Source: Candidatus Komeilibacteria bacterium
GTDB taxonomy: Bacteria; Patescibacteriota; Patescibacteriia; UBA1558; 2-01-FULL-52-15
Reading direction: 5' to 3'
Length of the DNA stretch: 64,000 nt
Assembly: GCA_043801745.1 (NCBI GenBank)
Contig: JAZDLR010000016.1
Coordinates: forward strand, 1,535-65,534
In this document: positions 19,272-29,501 of the stretch, piece by piece
Layout of the letters: each line of letters begins with the position of its first letter
Numbering within the stretch: position 1 is the first letter of the stretch
The notes under the pieces: generated by a model
What the model was told of the DNA's origin: nothing
The model's database searches: none
The model's input: the letters and a program-made list of their open reading frames with translations, nothing else
Program-made: the position numbers and the translations under genes

Positions 19272-19291
19272 AACGATTATAGCTACGTCTC

Positions 19292-20530
19292 CTACTCATA
19301 CCGCAGCGCCTCAATCGGATTCTTGATGGCAGCTTGACGCGCCGGATATAAGCCGAAAACTAAACCGACAATAGATGATACGGCTAAACCCAAGATTGCG
19401 GCTGAAACCGGGAAAGTAAAGGACCAGGCAAAGCCGGCGTATTTGGCAATAATTACGATTATCAAATAGGAAAAAACCGTGCCTAAAATTATTCCTATCA
19501 AACCGCCCAGACCGGTCAGTGCGACCGATTCTAATAAAAATTGAGTAAGAATATCACCTTGGGTGGCTCCCACAGCTTTACGTAAACCGATTTCCCTAGT
19601 CCTCTCCTTAACCGATACCAACATAATATTCATAATGCCGATGCCACCGACTAAGAGCGAGATGGCGGCTACCGCGGCAAGAAGCATAGTTAAAACATCA
19701 GTCACGGTTTTTACCATGGCCATGGTGTCAGCCTGGGTTTCAATATAAAAATCGTCTTTGCCCGGATCAGTAATACCATGATTAATTCTGATAGTTGACT
19801 TTAGATCCTGCACTGTGGCGGCCACACGCTCTTCGCTGTCAGCCTGAACGATAATATGCTGAAAATGTTTGAAGCCAAAGATATAGCGCTGGGCCGTGGT
19901 ATAGGGCATTACTACTGCGCTATCAAAATTTACGAATGATGATTGCCCTTTGGCTGCCATCACACCAATAACGCGCAGATTACGGCCCCTGATCCTGATT
20001 CTCTGTCCAATTGGATCAGAATTGGCAAATAACTCATCTCTCATCTTACTGCCGATAATCGCCACATCGGCATAGCCCTTAACGTCTTCCTCTGTAAAGT
20101 AGTTACCTTGGGACAGCTGAATATCATAAATATCCGAAAATAATGGATTAGCTCCGTAAATTGTCGGCCGGTAAATCTCATTGCCATAAGACGCAGTCTG
20201 CACGCCAAAAACCAAGGGCATTACCTTGGCTAAATAGGGTACGTTGGCCTTATTTAAAATGGCGGCTAAATCCCGCTCCTTAAGTGAATCACTAAACATG
20301 GATAAGGCATCCGAGGCGCTTTTCGGTTGTTTACCCGGAGCAATGGTAATAGTCTTGGCGCCAACACTGGATATTTCTCCGATAATCAAATTCTGCGCTC
20401 CCTGGCCCAGTGACACAATGATCATAATCGACATAATACCGATTACGATACCCAAAATCGTCAAAGCTGCCCGACTCTTGTTTGTCCGCAGACCAACAAC
20501 TGAGGTCTGTAAATTATGTCTGAGCTTCAC
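19292..20530 (-). CDS. ABC transporter permease (FtsX/MacB-like), tandem paralog
   Basis: About 75% identical to 18033..19271 along the full length. Confidence 0.8.
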   Translation of the reverse strand: MKLRHNLQTSVVGLRTNKSRAALTILGIVIGIMSIMIIVSLGQGAQNLIIGEISSVGAKTITIAPGKQPKSASDALSMFSDSLKERDLAAILNKANVPYLAKVMPLVFGVQTASYGNEIYRPTIYGANPLFSDIYDIQLSQGNYFTEEDVKGYADVAIIGSKMRDELFANSDPIGQRIRIRGRNLRVIGVMAAKGQSSFVNFDSAVVMPYTTAQRYIFGFKHFQHIIVQADSEERVAATVQDLKSTIRINHGITDPGKDDFYIETQADTMAMVKTVTDVLTMLLAAVAAISLLVGGIGIMNIMLVSVKERTREIGLRKAVGATQGDILTQFLLESVALTGLGGLIGIILGTVFSYLIIVIIAKYAGFAWSFTFPVSAAILGLAVSSIVGLVFGLYPARQAAIKNPIEALRYE

Positions 20531-20532
20531 GG

Positions 20533-21252
20533 CTATTTTTTAAATTCTACTGCTGCCTCACGCCGCTGCCTAACTTCTTTATCGCTGACAATTTCGCCAT
20601 CTTTAAGGGCAATAATTCTACCGGCCATTTCTGCCGTATAGGTTTCGTGTGTGATTAAAACAATAGTATGACCCTCTTTCTCATTCAAACGCTGTAAAAT
20701 CTCCATCACTTGCTGGCCCGATTTGGAATCTAGGTTGCCAGTTGGTTCGTCAGCGAAAATCACAGCCGGGTTAGTCACTAGGGCGCGGGCAATAGCTACT
20801 CGTTGCTTTTCACCACCAGACAACTGTGAAGAAAAGTGGTTTGAACGATGCGACAGACCGACAGATTCAATAGCCTTCTTGGTTAGGTCGTCCCATTCTG
20901 ATTCCTTGATTTTAGAATACATCAGCGGTAATTTAACGTTATTGTAAACTGTGGTCTTGGGTAACAAATTAAAAGCCTGAAACACGAAGCCCATTTGCTC
21001 ATTGCGAACAGCCGCCTGTTCATCAGGAGAATATTCCGACTGGAGCTTACCATTAAAGCGGTACTGACCATCAGTAGTATCATCCAGAAAACCCAAAATA
21101 TGCAGCAAGGTTGATTTGCCGGAACCGGACGGCCCGATAATAGCCACAAACTCGCCCTTATCAATAGAAAAAGTAATACCTTTCAAGACTTCCGTCGTCA
21201 CGCCCTCATTAGCGAAAATCTTGGTAACGTTACTTAAGCTGATTAGAGACAT
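20533..21252 (-). CDS. ABC transporter ATP-binding protein (MacB/LolD-like)
   Basis: Walker [10 protein letters not shown], signature LSGGEKQR, Walker [12 protein letters not shown]. Confidence 0.9.
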   Translation of the reverse strand: MSLISLSNVTKIFANEGVTTEVLKGITFSIDKGEFVAIIGPSGSGKSTLLHILGFLDDTTDGQYRFNGKLQSEYSPDEQAAVRNEQMGFVFQAFNLLPKTTVYNNVKLPLMYSKIKESEWDDLTKKAIESVGLSHRSNHFSSQLSGGEKQRVAIARALVTNPAVIFADEPTGNLDSKSGQQVMEILQRLNEKEGHTIVLITHETYTAEMAGRIIALKDGEIVSDKEVRQRREAAVEFKK

Positions 21253-21255
21253 AAA

Positions 21256-22899
21256 TTATTGAGTAGAAATATCTACCCGATCACCTTCATTAAGGCCGGA
21301 CATTATTTCAATGCGCCCATCTGAAGCCGTCATACCGGTAGTAATTTTCACTTCGGTAATAGTCGGCGACTTCTCATTGCCGGTTAAGACGCGCCCGAAC
21401 TTTTCTCCATCTTTGGCAATAACCGCTCTTTGGGGCACAGCCAATACTTGAGTCCGGCTGTCCGTGGCAATATCTAAATTAGCCGTCATGCCGGAACGTA
21501 TCCGGTCATCAGCCTGATCAAACTCCAAAGTGACTTTATACGTGGATACTCCGTCGATCATCGTTTCCGCCGGATCAATGGCAACTACCTTGGCAGTAAA
21601 AGTTACGTCGCCACCGTAAGCGTCTAAGGTTAAACTGGCCGGGTCAGCTATTTTTATCTTAGCAATATCCGCCTCCGGGATATTGGCCTCAATCTGATAT
21701 TGTTTATCACTGATCAACGACACCAAAGAGGTGTTAGGAGAAGTAACTTGACCGACCTTAGCGTCCTGTTTAGTAATTAAACCGGCAAAGGGCGCGCGGA
21801 TAATATTCTTGGCCAATTGTGCCTGATAATTTTGAACAATCGCTACCTGTTGCGCCACCATGGCATTTTGCGAATCCAGAGAAGCTTGCGCCTGACGCAC
21901 CACCGCTTCCTGACTAGCCAATTGTTCAGCCGTTGGCCCCGCCTGTTTCAAAGTCAGTTCATTGCGCCGTTGCTGGACGGTAGCTTGCTGGGCGGAAATA
22001 TATTGTTCAGCCGTGGCCACATTGGTATTGGCAGTATTAACATTAGTAATGGCGGTAGCCACATTAGTACGGTAAGTATCTAGATTGCTATCGGCCAAGG
22101 TACAGGAAGTAGTCAATACCTGATTTAAAACCAATAAAAAACTGGTAATCTTACTAAGATGATTTTGCGTCAAGTTAATTTCTTGATCATAGGCAGACTG
22201 ATCAACTGTCAGACTTAAAGATTGCAGTTCTTTCTGCCAAGCCTGTAACTCCAGCTCGCTATCATAGCGTCCACTGGTAGCATTATAAGACGTCTGGGCA
22301 TCGCAAGTAGCAAAAGTAAAAGAATAACTTTGTGAGCTGGCGGAAAAAATCGCTGCCGTTTTTGCCCGCACCGCATCATTGGCTTTGGAATAAGCGTCAT
22401 TAAGGGTATTTCTGACTGATAAATAATAATTAACCAAATCCTGTTCCGCTTTAGCCAGAGCCGCTTGCGAAACTGCTACGTCTTCTGAGCGGGCTCCCAG
22501 CTTCAATTCTTCTAACTTGGCCTGCTGATTAGCTAAAGCCGCACGATACTGCGATAATTGAGCTTGTGAGCTCTGCACACCAGCTTCAGCTTGCCGTAAC
22601 TGAGCCGCCACATCAGCGCTATCTAAAGCAACTAGTGTCTGACCAACTTGTACATGATCGCCCACCTTAACATAGGCGCCTGCCACCCGGCCGCTGCGCT
22701 CCAGAGCCAGCTCAACTTCTCGCGCCGGCTTGACTGAACCAGTAACAGAAACCTCCTGGCGTAAATCAGCTTTCTGGACCAGCACATATTCATAATTTTT
22801 TTTCGGTGAACCAGAAGTCAGAATTATTACCACTACCACCACAACAGCCAAAATAATACTGCCGATAATCCAACGCTTTTTTGTCATTCTAATAGCCAT
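21256..22899 (-). CDS. HlyD/MacA-family periplasmic adaptor (membrane fusion protein)
   Basis: N-terminal TM anchor, long coiled coils, biotinyl/lipoyl-like and beta-barrel segments. Confidence 0.75.
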   Translation of the reverse strand: MAIRMTKKRWIIGSIILAVVVVVVIILTSGSPKKNYEYVLVQKADLRQEVSVTGSVKPAREVELALERSGRVAGAYVKVGDHVQVGQTLVALDSADVAAQLRQAEAGVQSSQAQLSQYRAALANQQAKLEELKLGARSEDVAVSQAALAKAEQDLVNYYLSVRNTLNDAYSKANDAVRAKTAAIFSASSQSYSFTFATCDAQTSYNATSGRYDSELELQAWQKELQSLSLTVDQSAYDQEINLTQNHLSKITSFLLVLNQVLTTSCTLADSNLDTYRTNVATAITNVNTANTNVATAEQYISAQQATVQQRRNELTLKQAGPTAEQLASQEAVVRQAQASLDSQNAMVAQQVAIVQNYQAQLAKNIIRAPFAGLITKQDAKVGQVTSPNTSLVSLISDKQYQIEANIPEADIAKIKIADPASLTLDAYGGDVTFTAKVVAIDPAETMIDGVSTYKVTLEFDQADDRIRSGMTANLDIATDSRTQVLAVPQRAVIAKDGEKFGRVLTGNEKSPTITEVKITTGMTASDGRIEIMSGLNEGDRVDISTQ

Positions 22900-22901
22900 A
22901 A

Positions 22902-23324
22902 TTATATCCTCTCCCGAGTTAATTTAGTTAAAATCTTTATAAAGGTTAATCGCTCTTGATGATCCAGCCTGCCTAAAACGACGCGCAACTGCTGCTCCAG
23001 GCCTGCCATAGCCAGTTGTGTGGCCTCGCGGCCTTTGGAGGTTAAACGCAGAGCCACAGCCCTCTTATCAATTTTATCAGGTATGCGCTGCAGATGCCCA
23101 GAGTGCAATAAGCCCTTGATTAAGGATGTAGCTGAAGGTCTGGTAATGTGCAACTCTCCAGCTATGGCCGTCATAGAAGGGGTTTTTAGTTCAGATATCA
23201 AATGTAGCGTGCCTAATTGTAACATTGATAGGCCATGAGGCGTAAATTGGGGATGAAAACGCTCCCGTAGCTTACGGCTGGCGGAAAAAACCAAAGAAAT
23301 CAATTTATCCAGATTATCGGCCAT
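22902..23324 (-). CDS. MarR-family transcriptional regulator
   Basis: Winged HTH (LGTLHLISELKTPSMTAIAGELHITRPSATSLIKGL ... DKRAVALRLT). Confidence 0.8.
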   Translation of the reverse strand: MADNLDKLISLVFSASRKLRERFHPQFTPHGLSMLQLGTLHLISELKTPSMTAIAGELHITRPSATSLIKGLLHSGHLQRIPDKIDKRAVALRLTSKGREATQLAMAGLEQQLRVVLGRLDHQERLTFIKILTKLTRERI

Positions 23325-23499
23325 AATTATTGTCTAACATTGACAAGGTTATTCACCCGCCTACGCCCCTTCGGCCAGTGGCCGAGGGCTTCGGCGGGTT
23401 CGCCGCATCTTCATCCTCTCATGAGGGATTCGGTGCAGGCGAAAACTAGTTAGATGTTCTAAGTATATTACGGCTATTCGTGGTTGTCAACCCCGCTAG

Positions 23500-23640
23500 A
23501 AACTAAGTCCTAACGGGGTCAATTCGCTCAATTTCAAACAAATACCCCGCCATGATCGCCGCAGCTGCTATGTCCTTCTCCAGTATTTCGGTGGTGCTAA
23601 ATAGCGTGCGGCTGGCGAGGAAGAAGTTACTGTAAATATT
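23500..23640 (+). pseudogene. remnant of heavy-metal P-type ATPase C-terminus (gene fragment)
   Basis: Short frame encodes ...YPAMIAAAAMSFSSISVVLNSVRLARKKLL*, matching the conserved last TM helix/C-terminus of CopA/ZntA-type ATPases; no upstream gene body. Confidence 0.45.
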
Positions 23641-23824
23641 ATTTGAATACCTCACCTGTCCTCTCCTTAAAAAGGAGAGGAACGAAATTTAGGAGTACAT
23701 CCTCCCTCTCCTTTTCTAAGGAGAGGGTTGGGGTGAGGTTGTTAGTCTAAAGACAACCATCTAAAACTACTGGTCAATATCACCCGAATTGTAAAGCAAT
23801 AGTCGGCGAACGATCTTGTTACTT

Positions 23825-24763
23825 TTACTTTTTCCTTTCCCTTCCTTTAATATACCTTTCCAGGGCATCTTTTGAACTTAGCCAATTTCTACCTTCTTTA
23901 TAGGCCTCTATTTTACCTTGCCTAACTAATAGATTTAAATATTTAGCCGAATAAGGTGTGCCTTTGGCTAACTCGGTTAAAGAGATTAACTTTCCCGCGC
24001 CTTTCTTGGGCCCTAGTGTCTTTAGGTAGATATCAAAAGACCTCTCTATTGTTTGGGCAATAAAATTAACTAGCGGAACGTAATCACCGCCGTCGGCCTT
24101 GGCTAGGACGTTATAATATTTTTTCCTGTCATTCTTTAAAATGATTGTCAGCGGATAACCGGCTCTCATTAAGATCAGATTCATCACCAATCTGGCTGTC
24201 CGGCCATTGCCGTCAAAAAATGGATGAATACTTACTAATTTATGATGAAGCAGGGCGGCTAATTCAATGGCTGATATCTTCTTACTGTTTTGCTTCAACC
24301 AAACTATTAGGCCATTCATTAATTGAGGTACTTGAAAGGCCTCGGGCGGCGTATGCTTGGCGCCCATAATAAAAACATTGGCGGTTCTGTACTTTCCGGC
24401 TTGGTCTTTTTCCGTTTCTTGAACAACTATTTGATGAATGGAGCGGATTAAACCTTCGGAAACAGTATTCCGTTTGTCCTTATCAACTAAATCATAGAGG
24501 TATTCCAGGGCCGCATATTGATCTTTGGTTTCCAGATGATCCTTTAGGGGCTTGCCTTTAACAGTGATACCCTCATTAATAACTAAAAAGGTTTCTTTTA
24601 GGGTTAAACTATTACCCTCAATAGCGTTGGAGTTATAGGTCATTTCCAACCTAAACTTTTCCTGCAGTTTTTTCACAGCAGAGGCGCGTAATGGACGAAG
24701 TTTATTTAGTTCCTTCCTTTTAGCTTCCAAACGCGAGGCAATAATTTTATTCAAGTATTTCAT
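23825..24763 (-). CDS. Fic-family protein (AMPylase-type Fido domain)
   Basis: Fic motif HPFFDGNGRTARL; internal inhibitory-helix-like motif SNAIEGN; C-terminal wHTH-like region. Confidence 0.85.
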   Translation of the reverse strand: MKYLNKIIASRLEAKRKELNKLRPLRASAVKKLQEKFRLEMTYNSNAIEGNSLTLKETFLVINEGITVKGKPLKDHLETKDQYAALEYLYDLVDKDKRNTVSEGLIRSIHQIVVQETEKDQAGKYRTANVFIMGAKHTPPEAFQVPQLMNGLIVWLKQNSKKISAIELAALLHHKLVSIHPFFDGNGRTARLVMNLILMRAGYPLTIILKNDRKKYYNVLAKADGGDYVPLVNFIAQTIERSFDIYLKTLGPKKGAGKLISLTELAKGTPYSAKYLNLLVRQGKIEAYKEGRNWLSSKDALERYIKGRERKK

Positions 24764-24903
24764 AGATAATAACTTAATATGGTATAGGTGGCTTTTTAGA
24801 GTATACCATATTAGGGGAAAAAGTAAAGTTAGCTACCTAGCAATAAAATCCGTATAAATCGCCGCCAGTAGTGCCAACACCTCCAATCCCTCTCCCTGAT
24901 CAT

Positions 24904-25659
24904 TCATTTTATCGCCTCGATTTTCAAGCTCTCCAGAGCAATTCCCTGATATTGTCTTTTGCTGATAGCTTTATCTTCTGATAAAATTTTTACTTTAAAT
25001 CCCGCGTCCTTAATGATATTTAGATAATCATCTCTTAATAAAGCGCCACCGACACAGCCGGCGATTAATTCTTCGTTGCCTTTCTGTTCGGCTGACAAAT
25101 TATCTAATAATACAATATCTGAATTATACATTTTACCGCCCCGTTTAAGCACCCGGAAGGCCTCTTGGAAAACCAGCGATTTATCCGGAGCCAGATTAAT
25201 AACACAATTGCTTATAATCACATCAATGGAATCGTTTTCGACAGGTAACTTTTCTATATCTCCCAGTCTGAACTCAACATTACTATAGTTAAACTTTTTG
25301 GCATTTTCTGTGGCTTTGGTAATCATTTCTTGAGTCATATCTACTCCGATTACCCGACCAGAGCTTCCCACTTTTTTCGCGGCCAGAAAACAATCAAAGC
25401 CCGCGCCCGAACCCAAATCTAAAACAACATCGCCTTCTTTGATATTGGCCATTCCGGTCGGATTGCCGCAACCAAGGCCAAGATTGGCTTCAGAAACAGT
25501 TCCGATCTCCTGATCGGAATAGCCGATACTTTTCGCGATTAACTCATTAGTGGTATTTCCGCCACAGCCACAACTATTACCACAACAACCGGCGCTATTC
25601 TTGATGGCAATTTCACTGTAATGCTTTTTAACAATTTGCTTAACCTTGTCTTTCTTCAT
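24904..25659 (-). CDS. ArsM-like class I SAM-dependent methyltransferase
   Basis: N-terminal Cys-rich region ([11 protein letters not shown]) and SAM motif [11 protein letters not shown], both arsenite-methyltransferase-like. Confidence 0.65.
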   Translation of the reverse strand: MKKDKVKQIVKKHYSEIAIKNSAGCCGNSCGCGGNTTNELIAKSIGYSDQEIGTVSEANLGLGCGNPTGMANIKEGDVVLDLGSGAGFDCFLAAKKVGSSGRVIGVDMTQEMITKATENAKKFNYSNVEFRLGDIEKLPVENDSIDVIISNCVINLAPDKSLVFQEAFRVLKRGGKMYNSDIVLLDNLSAEQKGNEELIAGCVGGALLRDDYLNIIKDAGFKVKILSEDKAISKRQYQGIALESLKIEAIK

Positions 25660-25703
25660 TTTTTTAGTATAAAAGTGTTAAAATTATTGTCCATTAGAAG
25701 TCA

Positions 25704-26096
25704 TTATCTAACCAAAAAATCCGTATAAACCGCCACCAGTAACGCCAGGCCCGAAACCACGAAGATCACAATATAATTCCATTTTTCTTTGGATGATTCC
25801 AGACTATGTAAGACATATTGCAGACCTTCGCGCTCCCGCGCTGATAATCCCGGAGTATGGTCAACGGTTTCTATCAGCCGCTGATCGGCAATTACTTTGG
25901 CGCGGCGTTCGGAAATCTGGAAACGATGGGCGAAATAAATAATAAAGCCGATGGTGCCGATATACCAGGCAATATTAACCCAAATAGGATCAAACTTGCC
26001 CAAAAAATTTATTATACGATAAGCAATAGTAGCGATTATTCCTGCTAAGAAATAAAACCAGCGGAGGGCACTATTACTAAGTTTTGGTTGCGACAT
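25704..26096 (-). CDS. membrane protein (hypothetical)
   Basis: 3-4 TM helices. Confidence 0.4.
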   Translation of the reverse strand: MSQPKLSNSALRWFYFLAGIIATIAYRIINFLGKFDPIWVNIAWYIGTIGFIIYFAHRFQISERRAKVIADQRLIETVDHTPGLSAREREGLQYVLHSLESSKEKWNYIVIFVVSGLALLVAVYTDFLVR

Positions 26097-26099
26097 AAA

Positions 26100-27146
26100 T
26101 TAACGGATTGTAGTTAATAATTCATCCAGCTTGGATAATAGCAGCTGATTGCTAAAAGTTAATGTCTTAACTACTTGCGTAAAACGGGACAGCTGTGAGT
26201 GCCAACTATTAAAAACGTCGGCGGTTAATTCTTTGGTCATTAGTCCCAAGCCCAAGGCCTCTATCATACGGGCATTAAGAATCTGTTCGTACTGCATCTT
26301 TATCGGCATTGAGAGTATGGGCTTGCCCAAATATAAACTTTCTGACATCAAAGTAAAACCGCCATTAATAACCACGCCGCGCGCTCCGGCCAAATCATTA
26401 ACCACGCCACTGGGGCTAAATTCTTTAAATTGAAAGCGCGGTCCAAAATCCCGCCGCGCTGCATTGTAAATAATGAACTTCTCTCCGGTCTGATATAAGA
26501 CCTCGCCAAATTGATCAAAACAATCAGCTGTCAGATAACAGAAAAAATAATCTCCCGCCTGAGGTTGTGCCGCGTTAACTTCCGGCCGTATTAGTGGTGG
26601 GAATAACCAACTTTTACCTTCCCGGCTCTTCTTCAGAGGTGGGAAAAAGAAGGTCGTGATTAGTGAATAGTCGCGGTTCGGCGCCACTGATTCAGTATAA
26701 ACCTTAGTCACGACATAATCCGGATAATCCTGGCGCTTAATCGGCAATTTAGTGTCAGAAATAATATGCTGGTTATCGATACAGATCAAAGGCAAATCAT
26801 AAAATGACGCCAACACACTGGCTGATGGCTCAAAATCAGTAATAATAACGGTCGGCCGAAATGATTTGACCACCTCACCCAGAGCGCGCAAATCTTGAGG
26901 TAAACTTTTAACTTTAGCTAAATTCTTGGTTATAGTCCGGCTCTTCTTAACCCGCGTGCCGCTGTATTCCAATTTTAAACCATTAACTTCCAAATGCTGA
27001 GGATATCGCTGCGCTAAGTATTTATAAGCCTTACCGCTGGAAACTATGAAAACATCGTGTCCGCACGCCAGTAAATGATCGATAACCACCGAGCTACGGA
27101 AAGCGTGACCATTGCCGTCGCCACAAATAGTATAGAGAATCTTCAT
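26100..27146 (-). CDS. glycosyltransferase (GT1/GT28 MGT-like family)
   Basis: MKILYTICGDGNGHAFRS N-terminal G-rich loop, C-terminal UDP-sugar-binding-like region; start at internal ATG 27146. Confidence 0.6.
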   Translation of the reverse strand: MKILYTICGDGNGHAFRSSVVIDHLLACGHDVFIVSSGKAYKYLAQRYPQHLEVNGLKLEYSGTRVKKSRTITKNLAKVKSLPQDLRALGEVVKSFRPTVIITDFEPSASVLASFYDLPLICIDNQHIISDTKLPIKRQDYPDYVVTKVYTESVAPNRDYSLITTFFFPPLKKSREGKSWLFPPLIRPEVNAAQPQAGDYFFCYLTADCFDQFGEVLYQTGEKFIIYNAARRDFGPRFQFKEFSPSGVVNDLAGARGVVINGGFTLMSESLYLGKPILSMPIKMQYEQILNARMIEALGLGLMTKELTADVFNSWHSQLSRFTQVVKTLTFSNQLLLSKLDELLTTIR

Positions 27147-27281
27147 CTTAGCTATTATACCTAAAGGCCAGAAAAAAAACTGCCCCACTGTCAACCCTAT
27201 TAGAAAATAGTTTTCTTACTGGATAAGACTCACAATATACAAACGGGTCATAATCTAGTATAATAATAGACATATTATTGT

Positions 27282-28145
27282 ATGTCTCTGATCACTAAAG
27301 CTGTTATCCCCGTTGCTGGATTCGGAACCCGTTTTTTACCAGCCACCAAAGCGCAACCGAAAGAGATGTTGCCCTTGGTTGATAAGCCAATTATTCAATA
27401 TATTGTGGAAGAAGCGGTGGCTTCGGGTATAAAAGAAATAATTTTTGTCACCAACCAGAATAAGCGGGCCATTGAAGATCATTTTGACCGTAATTTTGAG
27501 CTGGAATATAGGCTGCGGCAGGGCAATAAAAAAACCCTGCTCAAATCTATCTCCAACATGTTCAAAATGGCACAATTTGTTTATGTGCGGCAACCGACGC
27601 CACGGGGACTGGCCGATGCTATAGCTCAGGCACAACATTTGGTGGGCGACGACCCCTTTGCCGTGTTCTTGGCCGACGACATTATTGACGGGCCAATACC
27701 GGCTATGAAGCAAATGATAAAAGTTTTTGAGACCTATCATAAGCCCGTCATTGGCGTTACCCGCGTGCCGCGTTCACAAGTATCGCGCTATGGTATTATT
27801 GACGGCCAGTTATTAAAAACCGGCGTCTACCAAGTCAAAACAATAGTCGAAAAACCCACAGTTCAACAAGCGCCCTCCAACCTGGCTGTCAGCCGCGGTT
27901 ACATTTTTACGCCCGAAGTTTTCCGTTACATCCGCCAAACTAAAACTAAAGCCGGAGAAGAAATTTACCTGACTAACGCCTTAAATCAGCTGGCCAAACG
28001 GAATAATTTACTGGCCTGCGCTTATCAAGGACAATACTATGATTGCGGTAATAAATTAGATTATGTCAAAGCTATGGTGGCTTATGGCCTCAAACATCCG
28101 GAGATCAAAAAACCGCTGAAAACCTGGTTAAAACAACACAAATAA
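27282..28145 (+). CDS. galU: UTP--glucose-1-phosphate uridylyltransferase
   Basis: KAVIPVAGFGTRFLPATKAQPKEMLPLVDKP motif typical of GalU. Confidence 0.85.
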   Translation: MSLITKAVIPVAGFGTRFLPATKAQPKEMLPLVDKPIIQYIVEEAVASGIKEIIFVTNQNKRAIEDHFDRNFELEYRLRQGNKKTLLKSISNMFKMAQFVYVRQPTPRGLADAIAQAQHLVGDDPFAVFLADDIIDGPIPAMKQMIKVFETYHKPVIGVTRVPRSQVSRYGIIDGQLLKTGVYQVKTIVEKPTVQQAPSNLAVSRGYIFTPEVFRYIRQTKTKAGEEIYLTNALNQLAKRNNLLACAYQGQYYDCGNKLDYVKAMVAYGLKHPEIKKPLKTWLKQHK

Positions 28146-28146
28146 T

Positions 28147-29499
28147 ATGTTCAAAAATAAATTTCTCATCATTGGCTTAATACTAATTGTTGTTCTGGGA
28201 ATTGCCATTGCCACCATCACCAGCTTACAAAATAGGGTCAAGATCGCTTCTATTCAACCGGTAACTCTGGAGTATTGGGGCGTCTGGGAACAGCCGGAAG
28301 ACATCTCGCTGCTAACCCAGGCCTATCACCAGCGCCACCCCTTAATTACCATTAATTACCGCACCTTTACACCCGCTGAATATGCCAGTGAGTTGATTAA
28401 GGCTTGGGCTCAAGATAAGGGCCCGGATATTTTCATGGTTCCCAATACTTGGATTAGAGAATACAAAAAATACTCTCAGCCAATGCCCGCCACTATGTCA
28501 GTGCCGGTACAGTACGTTCAGGGAACCTTAAAAAAAGAAACCATAACCCGTTTACAAAATTATGCCGGTTATAACCCAAAAAATATTAAGGATTTATTTT
28601 TGGACGTAGTTTACCACGATGTGGTTGATAATAATGCTATCTATGGTCTACCCTACAGCGTTGATACCATGGCTCTTTTCTATAACCGCAGCCTACTACA
28701 AGCTAATGGCCTAGCCGAACCGGCCAAAACCTGGCAGGAGATTGTTCAACAGGCCGGTAAAATTTCCAAGCTTAATGCCGATAATACCTTTGCCCAGTCA
28801 ACTATCGCTTTGGGCGGAACAACCAATATACCCAATGCTTTTGACATTATTTCTCTGCTAATGAGTCAGGTGGGAGTAACTATGGGCAACGATACTAGCG
28901 TTTCTTTTGCTGAAGATAAAAAATCTTTGTCGGCTCTGGAATTCTATAGCAGTTTTGCCCGGCCCAATACCACAGTCTATTCCTGGAATAAAGACCAGGC
29001 CAGCGCCTTAGATGTTTTTACTTCCGGGCGGCTAGCGTATTTTCTGGGCTATACCTTTCACGCTCCGCTGATCAAGCGTACCAATCCTAACCTGGATTGG
29101 GACGTTGTACCGGTGCCACAGGCCGAAGGCGCTACCAGTCAAATTACTTACGCCAACTACTGGGTCAATGCTGTGGCCAAAAAATCTAAGCATGCCGGTT
29201 TTGCCTGGCAGGCGGTGTACGAGATGACTCAGGCTGATAATGTTAAGTCATTCTTAAGCCGCACCGGTAGAACTACCGCGCTCCGCAGCTTGGTCAGCGA
29301 ACAACAGAAAGATCCGGTCATTGGACCCTTTGCCCAAAACCTTTTGACAGCCCAGAGCTGGTATCGAGGCTATAATTTCCCCTTAGCTCAAGAATACTTT
29401 TTTGCTATGATTAATACCATTGTTACTGGCGGCAATCCGACGCAAGCCCTGCAGGCGGCAGAAACCAAAATTCAACAAACCTATCAAGCACCAAAATAA
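28147..29499 (+). CDS. extracellular solute-binding protein (ABC-type, family 1-like)
   Basis: N-terminal TM anchor and SBP_bac_1-like fold cues; translationally coupled to galU and to the downstream pilin-like gene. Confidence 0.55.
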   Translation: MFKNKFLIIGLILIVVLGIAIATITSLQNRVKIASIQPVTLEYWGVWEQPEDISLLTQAYHQRHPLITINYRTFTPAEYASELIKAWAQDKGPDIFMVPNTWIREYKKYSQPMPATMSVPVQYVQGTLKKETITRLQNYAGYNPKNIKDLFLDVVYHDVVDNNAIYGLPYSVDTMALFYNRSLLQANGLAEPAKTWQEIVQQAGKISKLNADNTFAQSTIALGGTTNIPNAFDIISLLMSQVGVTMGNDTSVSFAEDKKSLSALEFYSSFARPNTTVYSWNKDQASALDVFTSGRLAYFLGYTFHAPLIKRTNPNLDWDVVPVPQAEGATSQITYANYWVNAVAKKSKHAGFAWQAVYEMTQADNVKSFLSRTGRTTALRSLVSEQQKDPVIGPFAQNLLTAQSWYRGYNFPLAQEYFFAMINTIVTGGNPTQALQAAETKIQQTYQAPK

Positions 29500-29501
29500 C
29501 C

